Notes: generated by a model from the sequence alone, not told the origin. 33,586 nucleotides of DNA from Nitrospiraceae bacterium (GCA_037442105.1 JBBIQV010000034.1:1-33586); one strand, 5' to 3'. Shown: positions 10,098 to 18,630, counted from the stretch's first letter. Numbers and translations: made by a program.

Positions 10098-11297
10098 ATG
10101 AGCGTCTCTACAAAATGGGGAACCATCTCGACCATCGCGGGAAGCGGCGTGCCGGATTTTTCGGGGGATGGCGGTTCTGCGGACAAAGCCTGCCTGAACG
10201 AGCCGAAGAGTCTGGCGGTGGATCAGTTCGGCAACCTGTATATCGCCGATTCCGAAAACCATGTCGTGCGAAAGGTCGAACGAGCTACGGGACGGATCGC
10301 GACAATCGCCGGCGCGGTGTTGCCGGAGGAGGGCAGCGCGGCGGGGACAGTGGCGAAAGATGCCGGAGGGGAAGATCCTTTTGCGGACCCTTCGTCCACG
10401 CGATTGCCCGGTTTCACGCAATTGGCCGATCTCAGCGGGACCGTCCGTTTCGTGGTGAACGGAGCCTCGGCGAAACGGTTTCAGGGCGATGGCGGCGCGG
10501 CGACTCAGGCGTTGCTCAATTTTCCGACGGCGGTGGCCGTAGACCGGCAAGGCTATGTCTATATTGCCGACACCATGAATCATCGGGTTCGGCGGGTTGA
10601 CGCGGTAACCGGGATCATCACCACGATCGCCGGTACCGGCCAGGCTCGGTATGCCGGAGATGGAGGGCCCGCCGTCTCGGCGGCGCTGAACGAACCGACG
10701 GCGCTGGCGATCGATGCTTCCGGGCGTTTGTATATCGCCGATCAAAGCAATAACCGGATCCGGATGGTTGATTTGACCACGGGTCTGATCGAGACGGTCG
10801 CGGGCAACGGCAGCGCTACGTATAATGGTGATGGCCTCCTCGCGGTCGAAGCCGGCCTGGCCGGGCCGAGCGGCTTGGCGTTGGGCCCAGGTGGAGAGTT
10901 GTATGTGGCGGACACGTTCAATGGACGGATTCGGATGGTTGATCCCAAGACCGGTTTGATCGGCACCGTTGTCGGGGATGGTGGCGAGTATCGGTATCAT
11001 GACCAGGACGACCGCCCGTCCATGAGTTTGTCTCGGCCTTATGGCATTGCCCTGGACCGCGCGGGTAATATTTTCGTGACGGATTCAGATAATCACCTCG
11101 TGCGAAAATGGGACCGGGCGCAGAACGTCATCCAGCGGGTGGGAGGGACCGGCCTGCCCGGATTCGGCGGAGATGGCGGACCGGCCGAAGCTGCGAGCCT
11201 GAATTATCCGTTTGGGATGGCGATCGATCGGGAAGGGACGGTCCTCATCGCAGACACGTTTAATCATCGCATCCGCGCGATCGCGAGTTACAAGTGA
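10098..11297 (+). CDS. NHL-repeat beta-propeller protein
   Basis: About six repeats of GDGG.A..A.LN.P..LA.D..G.LYIAD..NHRIR. Confidence 0.9.
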   Translation: MSVSTKWGTISTIAGSGVPDFSGDGGSADKACLNEPKSLAVDQFGNLYIADSENHVVRKVERATGRIATIAGAVLPEEGSAAGTVAKDAGGEDPFADPSSTRLPGFTQLADLSGTVRFVVNGASAKRFQGDGGAATQALLNFPTAVAVDRQGYVYIADTMNHRVRRVDAVTGIITTIAGTGQARYAGDGGPAVSAALNEPTALAIDASGRLYIADQSNNRIRMVDLTTGLIETVAGNGSATYNGDGLLAVEAGLAGPSGLALGPGGELYVADTFNGRIRMVDPKTGLIGTVVGDGGEYRYHDQDDRPSMSLSRPYGIALDRAGNIFVTDSDNHLVRKWDRAQNVIQRVGGTGLPGFGGDGGPAEAASLNYPFGMAIDREGTVLIADTFNHRIRAIASYK

Positions 11298-11348
11298 AAC
11301 GGACAAAGGCAAGAGTTGAGTTGCCGCTTGCCTTTTAGTAGGAGCCCT

Positions 11349-12401
11349 ATGCTGAACAAGAAGCCTGCCTATCGGGTGGCCGTCGTCGGGGCGACCGGCG
11401 CGGTGGGAACGGAGATGATCGAGGTGCTCGAGGAACGGAATTTCCCTGTGGAATCGCTCCTCCCCTTGGCCTCATCGCGCTCCGTTGGCGGAACGGTCAC
11501 GTTTCTGGGTGAGGATCTTGCCGTCCAAGTATTGACCAAGGACTCATTTGCCGGGGTCGACATCGCGTTGTTTTCTGCAGGCACCGATGTAAGCCGGGAA
11601 TATGCTCCCATCGCAGCCAAGGCCGGTGCGGTGGTCATCGACAACAGTGCCGCTTGGCGGATGGATTCCGAAGTTCCGCTTGTCGTGCCGGAAGTGAACC
11701 GGAATGATCTTGCTTGGCACAAGGGCATCATCGCCAATCCCAATTGCTCCACCATACAGATGGTCGTGGCGTTGAAGCCCCTGCACGAACAGGCGAGGAT
11801 CAAGCGTATTGTGGTGACGACGTTCCAATCGGTGTCGGGGACGGGTAAGGAAGCGATGGACGAGTTGATGGAGGAGTGCAAGGATTTGCTGAGCTTCAAA
11901 GAGCCGACTCCCAAAGTGTATCCCTATCAGATCGCGTTCAACTGTTTACCCCACATCGACGAGTTTTTGCCGTCCGGGTACACGAAAGAGGAAATGAAAA
12001 TGGTGAACGAGACGCGGAAGATCCTGGGCGATCAATCACTTCAGGTCACCGCCACGACGGTCCGCGTGCCCGTCTATGTCGGCCATTCGGAAGCGGTCAA
12101 CATCGAGACCGAACAGAAACTTTCTGCCAACGATGCTCGCGCCATCCTTGCGTCGGCTCCCGGCGTGCAACTCTATGACGATCCGTCCCGGAAGATTTAT
12201 CCCATGCCGCTCGATGTGGCGGGGAAGGACGATGTGTACGTGGGGCGGATTCGCGAGGACGAATCCATCGCGAACGGTCTCAATCTCTGGGTCGTGGCGG
12301 ACAACCTGCGCAAGGGTGCCGCGCTCAATGCCGTGCAGATCGCCGAATGCTTGATAGAACATAGGCTATGTCGGAATGGAGCGTCCTCGGGAAATTGTTG
12401 A
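11349..12401 (+). CDS. asd: Aspartate-semialdehyde dehydrogenase
   Basis: VGATGAVG, IANPNCST, QSVSGTG, GHSE, DNLRKGAALN; ATG at 11349 with AGGAG SD. Confidence 0.96.
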   Translation: MLNKKPAYRVAVVGATGAVGTEMIEVLEERNFPVESLLPLASSRSVGGTVTFLGEDLAVQVLTKDSFAGVDIALFSAGTDVSREYAPIAAKAGAVVIDNSAAWRMDSEVPLVVPEVNRNDLAWHKGIIANPNCSTIQMVVALKPLHEQARIKRIVVTTFQSVSGTGKEAMDELMEECKDLLSFKEPTPKVYPYQIAFNCLPHIDEFLPSGYTKEEMKMVNETRKILGDQSLQVTATTVRVPVYVGHSEAVNIETEQKLSANDARAILASAPGVQLYDDPSRKIYPMPLDVAGKDDVYVGRIREDESIANGLNLWVVADNLRKGAALNAVQIAECLIEHRLCRNGASSGNC

Positions 12402-12622
12402 TCGCGACCGGGCTCGGGCTTGTCCTGCTCGGGGTCCTGCTCGTGTTTTCGGACCGGCTTCCCGGCTTGAGCAACATGTTCGGCTGGTTCGGGAAACTGC
12501 CGGGCGATATATCCATCAAGCGCGACCACGTGAGTTTCTACTTTCCGGTCGTCACCAGCCTCGTGCTCAGCGTGGTGCTGAGCCTCATTTTCTATCTCTT
12601 CTCGTGGCTCTTTCGCCGATAG
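12368..12622 (+). CDS. DUF2905-like small membrane protein
   Basis: GKLPGDI.I....SFYFP..TS motif with two hydrophobic segments; directly before SpoIID. Confidence 0.85.
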   Translation: MSEWSVLGKLLIATGLGLVLLGVLLVFSDRLPGLSNMFGWFGKLPGDISIKRDHVSFYFPVVTSLVLSVVLSLIFYLFSWLFRR

Positions 12623-13842
12623 GCCGGCCGACCCTTTCTCTCGCCGGCCTTGGTTTCTTTCTCCTCGCACTTGCCGCGTGGCCGGCACCGGCGTCGGCCG
12701 AATCGGTCCGTGTGTTGCTCTCGCAGGACCTCCCTCGGCTTGAGGTGACGACACAGGACGATGCGGTGCTTGCGACCGTGAACGGCCATGAGCGCATGTT
12801 CAAAGCTCCGGTTGCGGTGGCCGTGCTCGGGGCGGGGATCAGCATAAACGGGATCAAGATGCCGGTAGCCGGTCTCACGCTCCGTCCCCTCCGGACCTGG
12901 TTGTCTCTGGCGATGAACGGGAAGACCGCCGCGTCGGCACCTTCGGCCGGTGGAAACAGCGACCTTGCCTCCAAAACGGTGCTGGAGGTCGGCGGAGTCG
13001 TCCAGATTCTTCGGCGAGGCAAAGGGCTGCTGGTGATCAATCAGGTGGATCTAGAAGAGTACGTGAAGGGCGTGGTGCCGTCGGAAGTGAATTCGGCTTG
13101 GCACCAGGAAATGCTCAAAGCGCAGGCTGTGGCGGCTCGGACCTATGCGCTCTATCTGCGTGGCCTGAGCGCGGCGCGGAACTATGACGTGGTCGCGAGT
13201 ATTCAGGACCAGGTCTATCGCGGTCGCCATGGGATCGACGGCCGGGTCGAGGAAGCGGTCGAATCGACGCGGGGTCTGGTCATTACTTATCAAGATGCGC
13301 CGATCTATGCCGCCTTCTCCTCGACGGCGGCCGGCCCAACGGAAGATGCGATGAATGTATGGGCCAAGGATTTGCCCTATCTCAAAGGGGTCGAGTGCCC
13401 ATTCGACTTGAACTCGCCCTATTACCAATGGCGCGCGTCCTTCAAGATCGACACGTTGGAACGCAATCTTCGCCAGCTTGGATTCACCGTGGGCACGATC
13501 GCCACCCTGACGCCGCTCACCCACAGCCGGGCTGGCCGCGTGGCCACCCTCAGAGTGTTGCATTCCGGCGGCGAACTGATCTTGAAAGGCGAGGACCTTC
13601 GCAAGGCTGTCGGGTACACGGTCGTGCCGAGCACGCAGTTCGCGATTGAATCCATCGGGGCGGAGATCGTGCTCACCGGCTATGGCGCGGGCCATGCCGT
13701 AGGCCTCTGCCAGTGGGGCGCGAAAGAGTTGGCCGAACTCGGCTACTCCTATATGACCATCCTTCAGTATTACTATCCAGGAACCGAATTGAAGGACGCC
13801 GCCCACACGAAACCGCCCGTGTCCGTCGTACCCACCTCCTGA
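12604..13842 (+). CDS. SpoIID/LytB-domain protein (peptidoglycan lytic transglycosylase-like)
   Basis: LEEYVKGVVPSE, LKAQAVAARTY, DQVY, GHAVGLCQWGA, ILQYYYPG; start uncertain (in-frame GTG 12604 gives a signal peptide). Confidence 0.9.
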   Translation: MALSPIGRPTLSLAGLGFFLLALAAWPAPASAESVRVLLSQDLPRLEVTTQDDAVLATVNGHERMFKAPVAVAVLGAGISINGIKMPVAGLTLRPLRTWLSLAMNGKTAASAPSAGGNSDLASKTVLEVGGVVQILRRGKGLLVINQVDLEEYVKGVVPSEVNSAWHQEMLKAQAVAARTYALYLRGLSAARNYDVVASIQDQVYRGRHGIDGRVEEAVESTRGLVITYQDAPIYAAFSSTAAGPTEDAMNVWAKDLPYLKGVECPFDLNSPYYQWRASFKIDTLERNLRQLGFTVGTIATLTPLTHSRAGRVATLRVLHSGGELILKGEDLRKAVGYTVVPSTQFAIESIGAEIVLTGYGAGHAVGLCQWGAKELAELGYSYMTILQYYYPGTELKDAAHTKPPVSVVPTS

Positions 13843-14028
13843 CCCGATGCTCTGTCGAAAGACGGTTGAAACCAGCGAAAGGAATTCCCTTGGGTTTTCG
13901 GGAAGTCGTGAAGGGTGCCCCCTTATTCCCTCTCCCTCCTTGGGCCTCGCCGGGGAGTTATCGAGCGTCAGGACTTTGAAGTCTAGCAGGCCGGACCCAC
14001 CGGGGTCTGCCACGCCGTGGTGCTGCCG

Positions 14029-14058
14029 TTGATCTGCCTATCAACGAACTTATATAAT
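14029..14058 (+). promoter_or_regulatory. Putative promoter of the RelE-like/XRE TA operon (likely leaderless)
   Basis: TTGATC, 18 nt spacer, TATAAT (14053-14058), then ATG at 14066. Confidence 0.55.
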
Positions 14059-14065
14059 GCACTTG

Positions 14066-14579
14066 ATGAAACCCCTGGAGTTTGTCGGGTCAAGCCTGGA
14101 AGACCTTAGCCCGCATTATTCATGACGGTTCGTCGCGAAATCGCGGAGCCGCGTCGCGAGAGCGGCGCGCGGAGCCCGGAGGTCCTGAGGCGTACTCGTG
14201 CAGTACGGCGAAGGACCGAGGGGCGAGCCCGCCGCCCGCAGGCTTGTCGCAGCAGCGGATCGGCGATTGCAGCAGAAGCGTTCATGAATAATGCGGGTTA
14301 GGGCGTTTCCGGCAGAAGCGCGGCGCGCAGCAGGGTTCGAGTTGGACTTTGTTCAGCGAGAACTGGACCCTTCGGATTTGGAAGCCCATGAACGAAGTAG
14401 GTACCGGTGTCCGGGAAATTCGCATCCACGTCTTGGGAGAATGGCGCGTGCTCTATGTGGCCAAATTCGCCGAGGCCGTCTACGTGCTTCATGCGTTCCA
14501 AAAGAAAACGCAGAAGACCAGAAGGGGCGATATTGAGCTGGCGCGTCAGCGGTATCGTCAGATTGGAGACCGGTCATGA
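14066..14579 (+). pseudogene. RelE/HigB-like (Gp49/DUF891-type) toxin, interrupted by a MITE and a +1 frameshift
   Basis: MKPLEFVGSSLEDL | MITE | RAFPAEARRAAGFELDFVQRELDPSD | extra T at 14377-14379 | WKPMNEVGTGVREIRI...YVLHAFQKKTQKT...; ends in an ATGA overlap with the antitoxin. Confidence 0.88.
14110..14297. mobile_element. 188-bp MITE with 16-bp perfect TIRs and 4-bp TSD
   Basis: TTAG (14106-14109) CCCGCATTATTCATGA ... TCATGAATAATGCGGG TTAG (14298-14301); removal restores CTT AGG GCG TTT (L-R-A-F). Confidence 0.9.
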
Positions 14580-14860
14580 AGAAGAACACGACGAAGTCTA
14601 GCGGCAATGTCTTTGTGGACCTCGGCTTCGATCCGGCCGAAGCCGCGGTGCTCCACATGCGAGCGAATCTCATGAGCGATCTTCGTCTCTATATCGAGAA
14701 GCACAAGCTCACCCAGTCGGAAGCGGCCAAACGTCTTGGCATTGCCCAATCACGGGTCTCCGATCTTGTGCGCGGGAAATGGGACAAGTTCAGCCTGGAA
14801 ATGCTCATCACGCTTGAAGCACGGCTCGGGCGGACCGTGCGAGTTGAATTCGCGGCGTGA
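14576..14860 (+). CDS. XRE/HTH antitoxin (HigA-like)
   Basis: SSGNVFVDLGF, LTQSEAAKRLGIAQSRVSDL.RGK...FSLEML. Confidence 0.9.
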   Translation: MKKNTTKSSGNVFVDLGFDPAEAAVLHMRANLMSDLRLYIEKHKLTQSEAAKRLGIAQSRVSDLVRGKWDKFSLEMLITLEARLGRTVRVEFAA

Positions 14861-15149
14861 TGAGTCGTGTGCGCCGCTCTTCAACCCGCACCTGCCCGCG
14901 CCCCGGCAGGCGGGTCTGTCGCACCTCCTGAAGACGATCGCCCGTGTCATGATGGCCCTCCTTGAGGGCGCACCCTAAACCGGACCGATCACGTGCTACC
15001 TACAAGCCTGGCCCACTCATTTTGACCCTCCACACTCAAGCGCCGTATTGTTATCCCACGTGCTGAACACACCAACATCGAGTCGCAGTAATCGAGCGCC
15101 CGCAACCCGCAATGTTGGATGGCAAGACCGTGACCCTGATGCTGCGCCC

Positions 15150-15305
15150 GTAACAATGCCAATGCTGTTGCCGGATCTCGTTGCCGAGCAAGTGAAGAAA
15201 GCGATGCCGATCCGTGTCATCGAGAAAGATGGGCTGCTGCGCATTCCCGCGTGCCGTGATGTGGTAGAGCGCGCCGGGGAATTCCAAGCGGAGCGAGCGG
15301 ACCAT
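15150..15305 (-). pseudogene. 5' fragment of a RAYT/IS200-like Y1 HUH transposase
   Basis: MVRSLRLEFPGALYHITARGNAQQPIFLDDTDRHRFL...HCY; similarity stops just before the expected M.NH.H HUH motif. Confidence 0.85.
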
Positions 15306-15535
15306 GAGGCCGGAGGATAGAGCGGAGGGGGTGCAAAGTCAAGAACTGACCCCCCATGGCTTGACTACACCCCTCGCAAAAGGAGAACAAGAAACGGTCT
15401 TGGCTCCTGTAAAAACCCGGCGGCGCGCCGAAAGTCAGGTCGACCAAGAACAAGGGCAAAAGTTAGAACTTGCCGATGCAGGCATGTGGCACATGTGGCA
15501 ATTGAGAAAAGAAAGAACCGAACAATCCACCGCTA

Positions 15536-16480
15536 CTATCTTTGACAGCCTGAGATAGATTGGACAACCCCCTGACCATTCAGATGAACGTTTACCGTGC
15601 CGTACGACCATACGTCATATTGATAGATACTCACGTTGCTCCTACCATCCGGCTTTCCTAGAAGCTCCGTCAATTCGGAGGGGCTCATTCCTGAGATAAT
15701 GTATCTACAAGCCTTTTGAGATCGAGATTTTACTCGCTCTTGAATTTGCATGGAGAGCCGCCTCATCTCCTGCTCACTCGCATCAAGCTTGGCTTCTGTC
15801 TCTTTGAGATAATCCATCAACGACCCACTTCGCTCGGAACGATTCATCTGCGCATTGTTCACTTGAAGCCTTGAATTGATCTGCTGCAACATCTGCTCAA
15901 CTTGCCGTTGTTGCTGATCCAATTTCGCGGCCTTCTCGCCAATTGTTACTTGCAACAGAGAAACCGATCCGAGAGTGTCCTGGATGCTCTTGGATCGGGC
16001 TTCCAATTCATGCTGCTTTTGGGCAAGAGCTTGCTGGATGGCTGTCAGCTCCTTCCGTGACTGCTCTAGAGTTTGCTCCTGGGCTCGGCTCTGTGCCTGA
16101 AGACGCTCTTGAATCACCACAAGCTTGGAAGCTGGCACTCGAAGAAGGCGGTAGATGGTGACGGTGCCGTCGGGATTAGACTCTTCATATGTCATTTGAG
16201 TTTCGACAACAAGACCCTGCGCTTCAAGGTTGGTGACTTGAGCATAATTCATCAGTTCGGTCTTACCCTGCTCGAAGGCCTGTCTTCGTCCTTCCTCAAC
16301 CGTTCGCGCTCTTGAAGCCACCCCGACGACAAACAAATCATCTCCTTCTATGAACGCTGACTTCTCGGCCCAGAATGGACGGGCATCTTTGGCAGCCCAT
16401 GTGATAGCAGTAGATAGGAGGACCGCTGTTAATACGATTTCTACAACAGAAATGGCTTTCCGCGTTTGACGTTCATTCAT
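15536..16480 (-). CDS. Hypothetical exported protein with central coiled coil
   Basis: 314-aa ORF with hydrophobic signal segment, long Q/E-rich heptads and C-terminal GMSPSELTELLGKPD..WSY (SmpA/BamE-like by eye); visibly more AT-rich than the backbone. Confidence 0.75.
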   Translation of the reverse strand: MNERQTRKAISVVEIVLTAVLLSTAITWAAKDARPFWAEKSAFIEGDDLFVVGVASRARTVEEGRRQAFEQGKTELMNYAQVTNLEAQGLVVETQMTYEESNPDGTVTIYRLLRVPASKLVVIQERLQAQSRAQEQTLEQSRKELTAIQQALAQKQHELEARSKSIQDTLGSVSLLQVTIGEKAAKLDQQQRQVEQMLQQINSRLQVNNAQMNRSERSGSLMDYLKETEAKLDASEQEMRRLSMQIQERVKSRSQKACRYIISGMSPSELTELLGKPDGRSNVSIYQYDVWSYGTVNVHLNGQGVVQSISGCQR

Positions 16481-16620
16481 GGAGTTGATTGTCTTACTGT
16501 TGAGGGGGCAAGTCTAGGCCATCTGTCAGGACCAGTCAAACAAGTGTCATTCCGTGCCCTTCGAATTACCGCCCTCGCATACTTCAGCTTCCTCGCCTTA
16601 AAAAGGCCGTTACTTAAAAA

Positions 16621-16655
16621 GCGCCGGCGACGACGACTTCTTTGCGGTCTTTTTC
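16621..16655 (-). repeat. Degenerate fourth copy of the Ppx/GppA 3'-end repeat
   Basis: Minus strand encodes EKDRKEVVVAGA; 28/35 nt match by hand to the EKSREEVIAAGA segment of the 18461 copy. Confidence 0.6.
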
Positions 16656-16701
16656 GGAACAATCAAGTGGCTCCTGGAACATTTTTCGGCTTGGAACTTT
16701 T

Positions 16702-17253
16702 TCAGCTAGCAGAATAATGAGCCCACCGCGTAATCCGGTATGCACCACCAAACACACGATGGGCAAAATAAACGCCCCGGAAACAGCCTCGATCAACGAT
16801 CCGGGATTCATCCCATGCATGTCCAAGACGAGCCACTACGTTCTTGTCGAAGAACGGATACTGAATCGAGATGATCAGATAGCCAGGCCCATATGTGTCT
16901 CGATACGGCACATAGGAGCTTTTGTTCAACTTTTCGGCAAGAAGAGTTACAAATCTCTGAACAAAATCCGCGGTGGGATTCACACATACAGCCCCATCAG
17001 GTACGGGCTTATGTGTTTCGCCTTCAGTTGCATAAGAGCAAAGGTCCCGAGCGAATGCGTCGCTCCAAAAAGCAGCAGTTACCTCTACCCATCGAGTAGT
17101 CTTCCCAGATTTGATGACCGCGTCAGGAGGATCTGGCTCATCAATAACCTTGAATTGCGAAGAATGCTGTCGATTAAACCATTCTAAAAACAAGTCTATC
17201 GTAAACTTTTCATGTGCCTTTAATACCTCCCGTCGATTCCTCCACCTTCGCAT
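16702..17253 (-). CDS. Hypothetical protein, possible PD-(D/E)xK nuclease-like fold
   Basis: 183-aa ORF (ATG 17253) with E..(helix)..PDPPD..WVEVT pattern; AT-richer than the backbone. Confidence 0.6.
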   Translation of the reverse strand: MRRWRNRREVLKAHEKFTIDLFLEWFNRQHSSQFKVIDEPDPPDAVIKSGKTTRWVEVTAAFWSDAFARDLCSYATEGETHKPVPDGAVCVNPTADFVQRFVTLLAEKLNKSSYVPYRDTYGPGYLIISIQYPFFDKNVVARLGHAWDESRIVDRGCFRGVYFAHRVFGGAYRITRWAHYSAS

Positions 17254-17498
17254 AGCGACTCTCTTCTCCAAATAATAGATGCACAGCTCATTCCTGTCGC
17301 AACCTATGCAAGCAGTCCGCAAATGTCAAAGTATTGTGTTCCAACCCCATAAACCTCGATTGTTTACGAGTACTCAAGTGGTCGAAGCTGGTCAATGTTT
17401 GAGGAGGAACTGGGCGCAGAGTGCAACTTCTGAGCATTGCGGAGCAGAAATGAGGGCCAAGCCTACACCCACACATTGCATAAGCTGATGGCCTGGCT

Positions 17499-17646
17499 TC
17501 AATGCTCTTTGATCCGCTTCGCCAGATCGATCAGCACGCCTTCCCGCAATCCCAGATCGCTGACCAGCACGTTGGACATCCCCAGCGTCTCCATGATCGT
17601 CCTAATGATAATCGCCCCGGCGGCGGTGACTTCGGCTCGGCCTCTT
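17499..17646 (-). repeat. Ppx/GppA C-terminal coding fragment, copy 1
   Basis: RGRAEVTAAGAIIIRTIMETLGMSNVLVSDLGLREGVLIDLAKRIKEH-stop; VS..GLREG is the Ppx/GppA C-terminal motif. Confidence 0.85.
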
Positions 17647-17650
17647 GCCG

Positions 17651-18066
17651 TCACGAGTTGAGCAGCGAGCGAAACTCTTCCAACGTCAGCCCCGCTTGGC
17701 GAAGCATTTCGTGAAGCAGCCACTTGGGAATGTCGCGCTTGTATTAGGAGCCTGTCCGACATGACCTTTCTACTGCGGCGAACGATCTGCGCCCATCTGC
17801 GTCGTTCTCGGCCAGAAAAAATCCTCAACGTATTCCAGCGAATACGCCTCCGGTTTTTTCGGGCCTGCGGCCTCGCATATGCCCGCACATCCTTGGCCTC
17901 GTCACGAACGGCAATGTCGGACAGGCTCCTGATGGCTGATCCGGACTCGCAGAATCGACCCGTTCGGCAGGAACTTTCGCCAGGTTTCGTGTTTTTCCGA
18001 TCGGAGATGTTCGAACCCCGCCCGCTTGAGCACAACACGGAAATCGTTATACGTGAACGCGGCCAT
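17651..18066 (-). pseudogene. HicA-family toxin interrupted by a MITE
   Basis: Removing 185 nt restores 76 aa: MAAFTYNDFRVVLKRAGFEHLRSEKHETW...VRISHQYKRDIPKWLLHEMLRQAGLTLEEFRSLLNS. Confidence 0.85.
17747..17929. mobile_element. 183-bp MITE with 16-bp perfect TIRs
   Basis: GGAGCCTGTCCGACAT ... ATGTCGGACAGGCTCC flanked by TA / TG (imperfect 2-bp duplication); removal restores the HicA frame. Confidence 0.88.
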
Positions 18067-18388
18067 GCTTGATCTCGATCAGCGTCCGCATCTCCCAATC
18101 GGTCTTACAAGCGGCAATGGCCTCGACATAGGGTAAATGGTGGGCTCGGTTAGGACTGGCGGCGTACCGATCGCGGTCGTGGAGATACTCCTTCGCATAG
18201 TCCTGAATAGCTTCAATTAAATCTTCCAGCGCGGCTTCGGCGGTGGGAAGTTCTGTTACGAGATCCAATTCGGGACACTTGGCACAGTAGTGCCCGTTGT
18301 CCTTCGCAAGAAGAACCGTCAGAAGAGGCTCCGCAACCATAATCTTTGGCTCCTTTGCCCGACGACGGGTCATCCTTGAAATTGCCAT
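18047..18388 (-). CDS. HicB-like antitoxin
   Basis: YCAKCPELDLVTELPTAEAALEDLIEAI HicB-like segment; GGAGG SD; overlaps the HicA start; TTGCTG-17-TACAAT promoter at 18441-18413. Confidence 0.75.
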   Translation of the reverse strand: MAISRMTRRRAKEPKIMVAEPLLTVLLAKDNGHYCAKCPELDLVTELPTAEAALEDLIEAIQDYAKEYLHDRDRYAASPNRAHHLPYVEAIAACKTDWEMRTLIEIKHGRVHV

Positions 18389-18460
18389 GATGGGTTCCTC
18401 CCAACAAGCTCCATTGTAGTCCACCGCTCACGTGTCAGCAACTGCGCCCTACTTCCTTGC

Positions 18461-18630
18461 TCACTGATTTTCAATTCGCTTCGCCAAGTCAATCAATACT
18501 CCTTCTCTCAACCCCAAATCGCTGACCAACACGCCGGCCATGCCCAACGTCTCCATCACCGTCCGGAGAATGACGGCGCCGGCGGCGATGACTTCCTCGC
18601 GGCTCTTTTCCAACTCTGGCAGACCGACCA
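18461..18630 (-). repeat. Ppx/GppA C-terminal coding fragment, copy 2
   Basis: VGLPELEKSREEVIAAGAVILRTVMETLGMAGVLVSDLGLREGVLIDLAKRIENQ-stop. Confidence 0.87.

Noticed and set aside
12376..12603. N-terminal extension of the SpoIID ORF (also of pssA from 5591 and psd from 5061)
   Set aside because: They overlap upstream genes and look non-protein-like; downstream starts fit better.
13960..14010. Minus-strand GACTTCAAA resembling a tRNA-Sec anticodon loop
   Set aside because: No T-arm GTTCGA, acceptor stem or CCA could be built around it.
14082..14291. 69-aa ORF and other short ORFs over MITE-1
   Set aside because: They lie inside the non-coding element and have no recognisable motifs.
14890..14978. 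Short GC hairpins (CCTGCC..GGCAGG, GCCCTC-CTT-GAGGGC) and a small ORF tail after the XRE antitoxin
   Set aside because: Single short stems with no second copy in the window; not enough to call REP elements or a gene.
15051..15305. Active IS200/RAYT transposase
   Set aside because: Truncated before the HUH motif and catalytic Tyr; recorded as a pseudogene.
17499..18098. 199-aa minus-strand ORF ending in the ppx motif
   Set aside because: Chance read-through across off-frame hicA, the MITE and tail copy 1; not a coherent protein.
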